Positions 50,696 to 63,005 are shown, counted from the whole stretch's first letter. The stretch: 63,427 nucleotides of DNA, filler included, from Octopus bimaculoides (GCF_001194135.2; 6 parts of 5 records of this genome joined end to end with filler, not necessarily neighbours in it); one strand, 5' to 3'. Notes: a model not told the origin generated them from the sequence alone. Translations and numbers: made by a program.

Positions 50696-51849
50696 NNNNN
50701 NNNNNNNNNNNNNNNNNNNNNNNNNNNNNNNNNNNNNNNNNNNNNNNNNNNNNNNNNNNNNNNNNNNNNNNNNNNNNNNNNNNNNNNNNNNNNNNNNNNN
50801 NNNNNNNNNNNNNNNNNNNNNNNNNNNNNNNNNNNNNNNNNNNNNNNNNNNNNNNNNNNNNNNNNNNNNNNNNNNNNNNNNNNNNNNNNNNNNNNNNNNN
50901 NNNNNNNNNNNNNNNNNNNNNNNNNNNNNNNNNNNNNNNNNNNNNNNNNNNNNNNNNNNNNNNNNNNNNNNNNNNNNNNNNNNNNNNNNNNNNNNNNNNN
51001 NNNNNNNNNNNNNNNNNNNNNNNNNNNNNNNNNNNNNNNNNNNNNNNNNNNNNNNNNNNNNNNNNNNNNNNNNNNNNNNNNNNNNNNNNNNNNNNNNNNN
51101 NNNNNNNNNNNNNNNNNNNNNNNNNNNNNNNNNNNNNNNNNNNNNNNNNNNNNNNNNNNNNNNNNNNNNNNNNNNNNNNNNNNNNNNNNNNNNNNNNNNN
51201 NNNNNNNNNNNNNNNNNNNNNNNNNNNNNNNNNNNNNNNNNNNNNNNNNNNNNNNNNNNNNNNNNNNNNNNNNNNNNNNNNNNNNNNNNNNNNNNNNNNN
51301 NNNNNNNNNNNNCCTATACATACAGGTGGATGTCGGTATGCACATACCTGTACGTATATATGCATATACTCATTTACTTTTGTTTATATATATATATATA
51401 TATACATATACTCTTTTACTTGTTTCAGTCATGTGACTGCGGCCATGCTGTAGCACCGCCTTTAGTCTCGCAAATTGACCCCAGGACTTATTCTTTGCAG
51501 GCCTAGTACTTATTCTATCGGTCTCTTTTTGCCGAACCGCTAAGTTACGGGGACGTAAACACACCAGCATTGCATGTCAAGCGATGTTCGGGGGACAAAC
51601 ACGCACACACACGCACACACACACACATATATATATACATATAAACGACGGGCTTCTTATAAATATATATATATATATATATATGCATGCATATATATAT
51701 ATATACACATATATACATACACACACACACACACACACACACACCTATCTATATCTATCTATACATATATATGCACACGTATATATATGTACTGTGTGTG
51801 AATGTGTGTGAGTGTGTGCGCGTGTAATATGTTGTGTTATGCTATTGTT

Positions 51850-52130
51850 TACTTGTTTACTTTCAGTTAGTTATGGAACGTCATGATGACGTCATTAATT
51901 CTGTGTTGATTTTATGATTGTTGCATACTTTCAGAAACGGTCAACACCTCCGACAAAATCAAGGCTTATTGGGGCGTGAACGGAAAAAGAAACATGAAAT
52001 ATGCTATCCTTGTTATTATATCTGATCAAACTAATACAGTGTTTTGGTGAGATAATAGCGAAAAGATGCTTCAATTATGTTATTGTTACCTACGTTAAAG
52101 GCGTTACTGAAAAAAACAATATATAGATTA
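51850..52130 (+). pseudogene. Copy 2 of the triplicated decayed coding segment
   Basis: In frame from ATG 51886 with one stop (51907): ..TVNTSDKIKAYWGVNGKRNMKYAILVIISDQTNTVFW*DNS. Alternatively an intact 112-nt exon at 51935-52046 (ctttcAG..GTGAGA). Confidence 0.45.
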
Positions 52131-52559
52131 AGAAGAAAAGAATTCAAAAACTTCTTACGGTATTTAGTTACGACCCTATATGTTCCAAGTTCAAATCTCG
52201 CCGAAGTTAACTTTATCTTTCATCCAACCGGAGTGGATTAATCACAAACCTGACTTTGTTAATCATCCGTAACCCTATCTCAAGTTTGGTGTCTTAAATA
52301 ATGTAAAATGTTAATATTGTTTCTTATTTTGACAGGAAGCCAGCAATTTTGAGGAGGCGTTCCATTTGATTACATCATAATAATAATTATTTGCATTATA
52401 GGCACAATGTCTGAAATTTGGGATGTAAGGGCGCCAGCCGATTACATCAGCCCCAGTACTCAGCTGGTATTTATTTTATCGACCCCGAAAGGATGAAAGG
52501 TAAAGTTTTGACCTCAGCTGGATTTGAACTCAGAACGTAAAAAAACTAGAAGAAATGTA

Positions 52560-53475
52560 GGATCCTTTTGGTTTGACGGGCAACACTTGTTTTCTTAACG
52601 AAACACTTTCAAACTCGGGATACTGGTAGAATGTGTCATATAAAACATCTTTTTCTCTTAGCCTTCTTAACAAAAATTAGTTCTTAATAAGTTATTTCAT
52701 GTTAAAGTTGTCGTATTTCTGTAATTTCAACCAATCACTGACGTCTATTCAGCTGAATACAGTTAGTGCTCNNNNNNNNNNTAAGTTATTTCATGTTAAA
52801 GTTGTCGTATTTCTGTAATTTCAACCAATCACTGACGTCTATTCAGCTGAATACAGTTAGTGCTCTTTTTATAAACAATAATTTTTACCGGTGTCAAGAG
52901 TGTTATTCCCTGTTTAATTATATCATTATTCCCTAGTAAGGGTTTAGGGTTTTAGGGTTAGGGTTCGGGTTTTAGGGTTAGGGTTTTAGGGTTAGTGTTG
53001 GGGTTAGGGTAAGGGTTAGAGTTATGGTTATGAGTTTTAGGGTTAGGGTTAAGGTTATGGCAAAAATAATCATAACCCTAACCGTAATCTTAAAACTAAC
53101 CCTAACTCTAAAACCCGAACCCTAAAACCCTAAAGTTAAAACCAGTACAAACGCACGAACGATGTCATAAATAAGAGTAACACGGGTAGTTGTTGTTGAC
53201 AAACAACGGCACTAATTTTATTCAAGGGAAAAGATCCCATGACACCGTTGTTTACATTCCACGGCATTAATTGTTTTCACCTCGATAGACGTCAGTGATT
53301 GGTTGAAATAACCGAAATACGACAACTTTTTACTTGAAATAACTTCGAATACAAAAATTTTTATCTGTTCTATAATACAAAATATACAAGTATACGAAGT
53401 TTGAAAGTGTTTCGGTACCAAAAACACTATATAAAACATTAATGAAAAATGTTGCCCGTCAAACCAAAAAGATCC
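52560..53475. mobile_element. MITE with 26-bp terminal and long subterminal IRs, 8-bp TSD and an inverted telomere-like core
   Basis: TIR ggatccttttggtttgacgggcaaca (52560-85) pairs with tgttgcccgtcaaaccaaaaagatcc (53450-75). TSD gaaatgta at 52552-59 and 53476-83. Confidence 0.85.
52938..53133. repeat. Head-to-head TTAGGG/TTTTAGGG then CCCTAA/CCCTAAAA degenerate telomere-like array
   Basis: G-rich arm at 52938-53060, C-rich arm at 53071-53133. Confidence 0.9.
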
Positions 53476-53809
53476 GAAATGTATGGCTCAAGGTCAGTAA
53501 TTCTGGGGAGAGTGTAATTCCATTACATTGACCCAGTACTCAACTGATACTATTTTGCGAGTTTTATTTTTCAAGCACAAGATCCTAATTTTGAACGAAG
53601 TGCAAAGGTGTCTACTACAATAAAAAAAATGCTTCTGCGTGTTACCGAGAAATTTATAGACAGCGAAAAATAATTTTCTTGTAAGCAAACAACTCTAAAC
53701 TTGTTTTTTTTTAAATAAATCTACAAGTCCGTCTACGAGTGCTTGTGAATCGGCGATCGCGTCTACAAGCGTGCGCGAGTGAAAGTGATTCAGAAACCGG
53801 TAATAATAA

Positions 53810-53995
53810 TAATCTTTTCTACTATAGGGACACGGCCAGGACTCAACTGGTACTTAATTATTGACCCTGAAAGTATGAAAGCAAAGTTGACTTCGGTGGA
53901 ATTTGAACTCAGAATGTAGCGACGGGCGAAATACCGCTAAGCATTTCATCCGGGATGCTAACGATTCTGCCAGATCGCTACCTTTGCGATAGTAA
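53810..53995 (-). mobile_element. SINE family B
   Basis: gcaaagttgacttcggtggaatttgaactcagaatgtagcgacgggcgaaataccgctaagcatttc..ctaacgattctgccag. Other copies lie at 50135-50272, 52385-52559, 58300-58575 and 61540-61607. Confidence 0.8.
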
Positions 53996-55470
53996 TAATA
54001 ATAATAATAATAATATTTTTTATTATAAACGAATTTGACATTCTTTTTGCTTTTCATAAAGGCATTAATGTAATGTCATTCTACTGTTATTTTATTGCCA
54101 TTTATTTACGAGTATTATAAATTTTATAGGTAAAATAGTTTTGGGGGAACGAATTAGGATACATAACATTACTACTATGGAAAGTTGCTGCTCTGTTTTA
54201 CGACTTTTCGCTTTACGAGCGGTCTTCGAGAACAAAGTAACTCGTATATCGAGGCATTAATGTAATGTCATTTGATGCATTTAAATACTTATTCTGGTAT
54301 TTAGCAGACATGCTCTGTGCAGGTTAACTATTTAACCCGCTAATCGGTAATATCCGTACACATAAAACAGTATAATCAGGGGTATCCATTTACATTTGAG
54401 GTATTTGTATATTTAAGACACACATAATCCAATTTTCAGACAGGTGAGATGGAATTCCAGATTCGGTTGCTATTTTTACTAGCTCAAGTGATTTACTTTC
54501 TTTTATTTGCTTCACTCATTTGACTGTGGCCATGCTGAGACACCGACCTCAGAACTTACTCTTTGTAAGCCTAGTACTTATTTTATCGATATCTTTTGCC
54601 GAACCGCAAAATTACGGGGACGTAAACAACATTGGTTGTCAAGCGACAGTGGGGGAACAAACACAGACGCACAAACATACACACACACACACATATATAT
54701 GTATGTATCTATCTATATATATNNNNNNNNNNNNNNNNNNNNNNNNNNNNNNNNNNNNNNNNNNNNNNNNNNNNNNNNNNNNNNNNNNNNNNNNNNNNNN
54801 NNNNNNNNNNNNNNNNNNNNNNNNNNNNNNNNNNNNNNNNNNNNNNNNNNNNNNNNNNNNNNNNNNNNNNNNNNNNNNNNNNNNNNNNNNNNNNNNNNNN
54901 NNNNNNNNNNNNNNNNNNNNNNNNNNNNNNNNNNNNNNNNNNNNNNNNNNNNNNNNNNNNNNNNNNNNNNNNNNNNNNNNNNNNNNNNNNNNNNNNNNNN
55001 NNNNNNNNNNNNNNNNNNNNNNNNNNNNNNNNNNNNNNNNNNNNNNNNNNNNNNNNNNNNNNNNNNNNNNNNNNNNNNNNNNNNNNNNNNNNNNNNNNNN
55101 NNNNNNNNNNNNNNNNNNNNNNNNNNNNNNNNNNNNNNNNNNNNNNNNNNNNNNNNNNNNNNNNNNNNNNNNNNNNNNNNNNNNNNNNNNNNNNNNNNNN
55201 NNNNNNNNNNNNNNNNNNNNNNNNNNNNNNNNNNNNNNNNNNNNNNNNNNNNNNNNNNNNNNNNNNNNNNNNNNNNNNNNNNNNNNNNNNNNNNNNNNNN
55301 NNNNNNNNNNNNNNNNNNNNNNNNNNNNNNNNNNNNNNNNNNNNNNNNNNNNNNNNNNNNNNNNNNNNNNNNNNNNNNNNNNNNNNNNNNNNNNNNNNNN
55401 NNNNNNNNNNNNNNNNNNNNNNNNNNNNNNNNNNNNNNNNNNNNNNNNNNNNNNNNNNNNNNNNNNNNNN

Positions 55471-55519
<49 letters not shown>

Positions 55520-55614
55520 CATACATACATACATACATATATAGTAGGGTGATGTATGTATGTGTATGTTTGTGTGTAGAGACATCCATAGGTACATACG
55601 TACAATGTATTTTG

Positions 55615-55980
55615 ACGTTCTTGTTCTATTTCAGTTAGTAAGTGGAACGTCACAATGACGTCATTAATTACATGTTGTTGATTCTTTAAAGGCTGCGTAC
55701 TTTTATACACTTTTATACACGCTGTTTAACCCTCGACGAAAAATCTGGGTTACTGGGGTGTAAACGGAAAGGAAACATGAAGGGAATTTGAAGAAATATG
55801 TGTTCTTTGTGATATCTGATCAAAATAATACAGTGTTATGGCGAGATAGCTAAACGATGCCTCAGTTATTTTGCTGCAGTTTTAGGTTTTGTTTTTTTTT
55901 TTCCTTTTCGTTTAATGTTAAAGGCGTTTCTGAAAAGCTATATCTATATAAATTAAGAAGAAATGAATTTCAAAATTCCT
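55615..55980 (+). pseudogene. Copy 3 of the triplicated decayed coding segment (frameshifted)
   Basis: GYWGVNGK (from 55748), then after a frameshift KYVFFVISDQNNTVLWRDS, and later VKGVSEKLYLYKLRRNEF. Confidence 0.45.
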
Positions 55981-56120
55981 CACGGTGTTTAGTTTTGAGT
56001 CGAAATGTCACCGAGTTCAGCAATGCTTGTCTTCTTTCCGGAGTCGACAAAAATGTGAATGAACGAGGACGATATGTCTTCCGTCAGTTTCGACGATAAA
56101 GTGTCGCAGTTGTTCGATCA

Positions 56121-57465
56121 ATTAAAGTACCTATTCTTTAAATTGTTGTGCAAATGGCTGAGTATTCCTCAGTTACGCATGTACCCTTAATGTAATTTTC
56201 AGGCAGAACCAGTATGACAAATGTATGCGACAAGGCATAAACTAAACAAGTTTTGTTTAAAGCGTAGTTCAGTTTAATACCACCGCTTGATCCTTCGGTG
56301 ACTATAGTCGTGTTTCACTCTGTTGTAAGCATTCGAGCCTGGTCTTATGTTTGAAAATAACTTCCTCCCCCACCCCGCAAAAAAAGTCTTGAGCCTTCTA
56401 CCCCTCACTACCTCAGTGAAAAAATGGCTGAATATTTAAATTACTGGTACAATCTATCTATGAGGCATCCACACAGAGTTCCAGTCCACAAAATTTCCTT
56501 CAAGACTTAGATCGATTGGTAGGGTACGGTAGAAAAAACTTGATCTAGATACCATGTAACGGGATCGAACGCAAGACCTCGTGATTTCAAAACCACTCTA
56601 AACACTACTTTAACCCTGGTAGCCGGTTCTCACCTGTGATCCTACGAACTGTTTCATGCAGTAATGAGCCACCATTTTGGCAACAGTATTGGTAATCTGG
56701 CTAAACTAGGTTATGTGTGGCCATCATGTTGTAAACTGAATGAAATTTTTATGGGCTTCTCACGCTATGCATATGAAGAACGTATTTCTGTCAGATTGTG
56801 TACAGAAAATCCAAACAGCTGTGATCAAGTTTCAATGATATCTAGAAACTCCACCGCGTGACTCGTATTTTCAGAGCAGAGTGACACTTGTAGATCGCAC
56901 TGGTCATTTCATTGCATTCCTGCTATAGCCCAAGTAATTTCGAGCCACCTAGCCACTAATTCTGGAAGCCAAAAATGAGACATTGGGGCTAAAAGTCCGA
57001 AGGAATCTTCTCTCTCAATAATCTATATCCAGGGCATATCAAGACGCAGAACAGATGGAAAACAGTTCTCAGCGGTTGGAGTACCAACCTCATCTGTAAC
57101 AAAGAAGTACTACCACTTCGGTACTTTCGTCACTCATGAGTGTATATAGAATGTCTAGTATAGACCGAAGCAGTCACCAGTTTCCCGTCACCTATGTGGT
57201 TGCATCATCTGTTAATATTTAAGAAGTGTTGTCAGTCATCTTCGACAGTAGCGTGATTTGCCTGATTTGCGGTGACCGGACGCTATGTGTGGCCATCATG
57301 TTGTGGTATTAAACTGAACTACGCTTTAAACAAAACTTGTTTAGTTTATGCCTTGTCGCATACATTTGTCATACTGGTTCTGCCTGAAAATTACATTAAG
57401 GGTACATGCGTAACTGAGGAATACTCAGCCATTTGCACAACAATTTAAAGAATAGGTACTTTAAT
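56121..57465. repeat. Perfect 163-bp inverted repeat (56121-56283 / 57303-57465) around a ~1-kb spacer
   Basis: The arms read as exact reverse complements. No TSD is seen. Confidence 0.9.
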
Positions 57466-57692
57466 AGGTACTACTCACTGATTATGTCCAGTAGACTGAA
57501 ATTACATGATATGGGAGTTCCGACGCCCGTAGCTGACGATTCTCATCTGCACCAAGTGCCTATATGAAGGTTTGTCTCAATGGAATTTTCGGTGTTCTAA
57601 CAAGACATCCACATTAAGTTGGATATTAAAGAATATCTTTTAGTACAAATACTGCATCCCTCGCTAATAATAATAATAATAATCATAATAAT

Positions 57693-57736
<44 letters not shown>

Positions 57737-57782
57737 GCGACAGAAGCAGTATTAGTACCAAAAGGTAATCTTGATCTCCAAC

Positions 57783-57971
57783 TTAACGGAGAGGTTGTAT
57801 TAGAACACATAATAAAGCGTTATTTAACTTCAGAGGATCTCTCAGAAGGACTCGTGGTGGTACATAAAAGCACTCTTATATCGTTGGCAGACGAAAATCC
57901 TTGGCTACGGCTGCCGGAACTGCCAGGTAAAGAACACAGTATTTTGTGTTCTAACACAACCTCCACGTTAA
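57783..57971. mobile_element. Small MITE bounded by TTAA with ~27-33-bp TIRs
   Basis: ttaacggagaggttgtattagaacaca / tgtgttctaacacaacctccacgttaa. Confidence 0.6.
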
Positions 57972-58584
57972 GTAGTAGATGAAGATTACTAGCATGCAAC
58001 AAGAATCTATGATGCGGAATTGGCATTAAGAAAAATGAAGAGGCCAACGATAACAGTTAAGATCCATTACTAAAAATCGATAATTATAAATAGTAATAAC
58101 AATATGAAATAATAAAGTAACGAGAAACGATCCCTATAAATGGGCAGCAAGTGCATAAGGTAATTTGGGACTCTACACACGCATACGTACACACGCATAC
58201 GTACACACGCATACGTACACACGCATACGTACACACGCACACAGAGCAGTCTTAATTTATACAGACAAACCTTTGTCAATCTACATCCACAGACAAATAA
58301 TCCTTTATACTATAGGCACAAGGTTTGAAATTTTAGAGAAGGGAACTAGTCGATTACATCGATCTCGGTGCTCAACTTGTACATATTTCATCGACCCCGA
58401 AAGGATGAAAGTCAAAGTCGACCACGACGAGATTTGAACTCACAATGTGAAGGGCCGGAAGAAATGTCTGTTAAGTATTTTGTTCGATGCGTTGACGATT
58501 CGATCGTGGTTTCAAATTTTGGTACAAGGCCAGCAATTTGAAAGGAGTGGGTAAGTCGATTACATCGCTCACAGAGTTCTTCTG

Positions 58585-59386
58585 GCCTAAGATCAATGCC
58601 TACCTACAAGGAGCTACCAGGCCAACACATTAAAGAACGCAGTAGCCCAACATGCCGTTTAAACAATAAAATGAAACCATTGATCATGTTGTCTCCATGT
58701 GCAGTCTTCTTGCGCCCACAGTATTACTGGGTAATTTGCAAAAACTTGAACCTGTCCTATGATAAAAACTGGTAGGAACACAAATCACCTCCAGTGCTTG
58801 AAAATTACCAAATCTCACTCCTCTGGAACTTCACCGTTCAAACTGACAGAAAGATAGCTGCGAATAAGCCAGACATCATACTGAAAGACTTCAGTCAAAA
58901 ATCATGCCTCCTCATTGATATGACTGTTCCAATTGACATAAATGTATCTGTCAAGACCTACCAAAAACTGAGCAAATATAAAGATCTTGAAATAGAAATT
59001 GGCAAAATGTGGAACCTCAAGATTAAAATAATACCTGTTGTCATAGGTGCCCTAGGAATGATAGCAAAGGAGGCTGATTCCTATCTTGCTCAGATACCAG
59101 TAAACCCCAAAATGGTACAAATTCAAAAGATAGTGCTCATGGGAACTGTCCATATCCTACGTAAAATACGGTCTATGTAATCTCAAATTTTAAAACAAAC
59201 TGATAATTTCCTTACGTTTTCTTAAACATTCTCTAGAACAATACTATGTAAAAAAAACCAAATATATGACACCCTAGGTATAACACCAACATTAACTTCT
59301 AACTTGTTGTCTCTTGAGGTCTCTGGGTGAGACTTGGAGCCAACTTGTACAAATACAAAGCAAAAGTCAAACATATAATAATGATG

Positions 59387-59445
<59 letters not shown>
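58585..59445 (+). mobile_element. Dong/R4-type retrotransposon 3' fragment (zinc-knuckle remnant + restriction-like endonuclease) with (AAT)n tail
   Basis: ETIDHVVSMC, then LLWNFTVQTDRKIAANKPDIIL..LIDMTVP..KLSKYKDLEIEIGKMW..IPVVIGALG..QKIVLMGTVHILRK* (58794-59180), a 3' UTR and (AAT)n from about 59378. Confidence 0.9.
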
Positions 59446-59446
<1 letters not shown>

Positions 59447-59480
59447 GTAACAACAACAGCAACAACACAATAATAACAGC

Positions 59481-59515
<35 letters not shown>

Positions 59516-59517
59516 GA

Positions 59518-59715
59518 ATGGCTAAAGGAGACTGAAATAGAATGCCCAGTAGCGCTCCTACAGGAACTTTGTCTCTTAGGGAGAATAGGGATTATCAGGG
59601 GGGTTGTAAGCACTTGAAAGACTGCTGAAAACTTGTGGATACAGGTAGTAACCCACTTCCCATATAAATCCTGCCAGGAATAAGACCGAACCTGAGCCAA
59701 ACGAAAATGATAATA
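59518..59715 (+). mobile_element. Second, different Dong/R4-type 3' tip
   Basis: WLKETEIECPVALLQELCLLGRIGIIRGVVST* followed by a short UTR ending atgataataa. Confidence 0.55.
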
Positions 59716-60249
59716 AATATGCTTTCTTCATTGGCCACAAGGGCCGCAAAAACATTTAGGACCATACAAAGACAAGGAACAGCGGGGATTTACATAAACA
59801 CAGTAAAACTATTTACAAGAAAATTATAACGAACTTCCCCAACCTCAACATGGCCGCAGCGCTCCAACTGAAACTAGTGAAGAAAAAAAAAATAGGTAGG
59901 AAATACCACCTAGGGGCGACCCAGGGAACCTGCAGATCTCAAACCATCCAACGCATGAGGAATGCTTCTCTTTTGTTCATTTTTTCTCCGTACTTTTTAG
60001 CTTACAGGCGCTCTAATATCAATAATAACGTGGGCGGTGAGCTGGTAGAATCGTTAGTATGCAGGGGTAAGGCGGGGTTCGTGGGGGGTCTGTTATAATC
60101 CCGCCTCCACTCCATCTGTTATGGCTTATTGTGTCCTAACATCATCCGTATTACGTATTTGTTTTAGAATGTTTAAAAGGACCCCAATCGCATTTCTAAA
60201 TATTCAATGGAGGATGGGGAGGGGTGTTAGTCAATTATAGGGAGACCAG

Positions 60250-60260
60250 TACTACTCCAC

Positions 60261-60297
<37 letters not shown>

Positions 60298-60337
60298 CAG
60301 TAGTAGTAGCAGTAGTAGCAGCAACAGCAGCAGTAGC

Positions 60338-60372
<35 letters not shown>

Positions 60373-60435
60373 CAGCAGCAGCAGCAACAATAGTAGTAGT
60401 GGTAGTAGACGTCCAGCACCGGTAACAGTAGTAGC

Positions 60436-60473
<38 letters not shown>

Positions 60474-60540
60474 CAGTAGTAGTAGTAGTAGTAGTAGTAC
60501 AGCAGCAGCAACAGTAGTAGTATTAATAGTAGTCGAAGAA
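60250..60540. repeat. (TAG)n/(CAG)n compound microsatellite
   Basis: Direct inspection. Confidence 0.95.
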
Positions 60541-60711
60541 GAAGAAGAGTACACGCGCGCACACATACAGAAGTGCACATACACAAACGCGTGTACACAC
60601 ACACACACACACACGACATCTATACACAACAAAGAGTCACACACCCATGGACACACCCACACATAAACACACCCATAAACACATACACGTGCATATACAT
60701 TCGCACCATAC

Positions 60712-60755
<44 letters not shown>

Positions 60756-61895
60756 NNNNNNNNNNNNNNNNNNNNNNNNNNNNNNNNNNNNNNNNNNNNN
60801 NNNNNNNNNNNNNNNNNNNNNNNNNNNNNNNNNNNNNNNNNNNNNNNNNNNNNNNATGCATGTATGCATGAATGTGCGTGTATGTATGTTATATTTGTAT
60901 ATATGTTAATGTACTTATATAGTTACATGAATATACTTATGCATAGATTTATATATGCTCATATTTGCACCCACACAGCGCACCACACACTCGTTCACAC
61001 ACACATACATGCACAAATACTCCAATACTCGCCTACAACCCCATGCAAAGAGGATGATATCTGAAATAAATCGAAGAGCAAAAGAATTTATATTGTATTG
61101 ATGAATTCTGGAAACATTCCTCTTTTACGTTTGACTCCACTCGATTATTTTTTTATTTATTTATCTTGTCAACATCAGAGGCTTCACTGCAGAATATGAT
61201 AAGGAAACTACATTTAAAGAATGTTTTTTTCATTGTTATATGAACTCTTTACTTTCCAGTCCGAATCGCCCCGACCTCGTGATAAATGAAGCGTCTCTCC
61301 CGTCCCACATCAAAAGAAACGTCCCTATTGAAGATACTGAACATTGTCATTAACAAAGCTATAGAAAAATTATCAAAAAACCATTTAACCATTTTACGAC
61401 CCAACAAAAATATTATTGTGACGGAAATGGAAGAGCTTAAAATTACTGAACATAGAAATCTTGACTTGTGGAAACTGTTCTTTGCCCTCACTTCACTGTT
61501 CCTGGAAGCAGAGAGAACCTTTTCTTCAGAAGGGCTTTTTATTACAAAATTGACTAGCAATTTCTGGGGAGAGGGTAAGTCGATTACATTGACCCCAGTA
61601 CACACACCTAAACAGATGGGACAGTCATGGCTGGAACTCATTGGATCATAAGTCTTACATAATGAGAGCAGACTTCAGGTTAAACGAGAACAACAGTCAG
61701 ATTCGCCATTGTATTGTTGTTCAGCCTCACTGGTGACCACTCTGTATTGTATTTAACTGTACCCTCAACGGGATTACTTATCCAATATGCTCTTTAATTT
61801 TTTTTTTACGACAGTATGATTTGAGGGAGATTTGACTTCTATTTTTAACATGTCGAGCGGCCAGTTTGTAAAATGTATGGGTGTATGTGTATGTA

Positions 61896-61985
<90 letters not shown>

Positions 61986-62754
61986 TTAGGGAAAATAACC
62001 AATTTTCNNNNNNNNNNNNNNNNNNNNNNNNNNNNNNNNNNNNNNNNNNNNTTAATTAATTAANNNNNNNNNNNNNNNNNNNNNNNNNNNNNNNNNNNNN
62101 NNNNNNNAGAATGAATGAATAAATGGATAGATAAAAAAGACAAAATAGAAGTGTAAAAGAGCGACAATGCAAAAGATAGTGTGAAAGATAGATTAGATAG
62201 AGAGGAAGAGAGAGAGGAGTTGTTTGGCAGAAACACATGTGCAAGAAATATAGTCAGTCTGTTTATTTTGTTTTAAAAAGGAAAAAAAGTTGTTAAACCT
62301 TATTCAAATTATACAATATTACATGAGAAATATAATAGAGTATTAGACAATTTCAGCGAAATTATAAATAACAATAGATAAATGATATAGATAGATTCAG
62401 TGAAATAATATTGTTTAAAGTAATGAACAGTCATTGATTTTAGTGTTATGGAAAGTAAATCATTGTTTAACCTGGGTTAGATTGTGTATCTCTCTCTCTT
62501 TCCCTCTATCTATCAATCTATTACTGACACATATACATATATTTTTATACCTGAATGTCTCATACAGAGTTTTTATTCTTTGCCTAATTTATGTTTTGAG
62601 AGAGAAAGAGAGCATTGTCTCATTCTTGTTTTGGCAGTCATTCCTTCACTGAAAATTCTTGGCAAAGGAGACAGCATTTCTACAGTTTTCTTGTATTTTC
62701 ATCTTGGAAATTCAGGAAAACACTTTTCACTTCACACACATACACACACGTATG

Positions 62755-63005
62755 TATAGGGATGTCTGTGTGGTGGTAAAATGTTTGCTTCCCAGTCACA
62801 TAGTTCGGGTTTCAGTCCCAATGTATGGCATCTTGGGCAAGTGTCTTCTACAATAGCCTTGGCCAACCAAAGACTTGTAAGTAGAGTTGGTAGATGGAAA
62901 CTGAAAGCCTATCATATATGTGTGTGTCTTTGTGTCTGTTTTTGTCCCTGACCACTGCTTGACGACCAGTATTGGAGTGTTTACATCCCTGTATCTCAGT
63001 GGTTG
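62755..63005 (+). mobile_element. SINE family A
   Basis: tgtgtggtggtaaaatgtttgcttcccag..cttgggcaagtgtcttctacaatagcc..gatggaaactgaaag, a short TG tract, then gcttgacgaccag. Confidence 0.75.

Noticed and set aside
51960-52090. AID/APOBEC-like deaminase interpretation of the triplicated segment (W..GKR..Y, FWRD)
   Set aside because: The position expected for HxE reads DAS/GAS in all three copies, and no PCxxC motif follows.
52688-52865. Exact 84-bp tandem duplication around a 10-N gap inside the MITE
   Set aside because: Unmerged contig overlap; the mirrored right arm has only one copy.
52938-53133. Head-to-head telomere repeats as an ancient chromosome-fusion site
   Set aside because: The array lies inside TIRs and an 8-bp TSD and follows the element's symmetry, so a transposon origin explains it.
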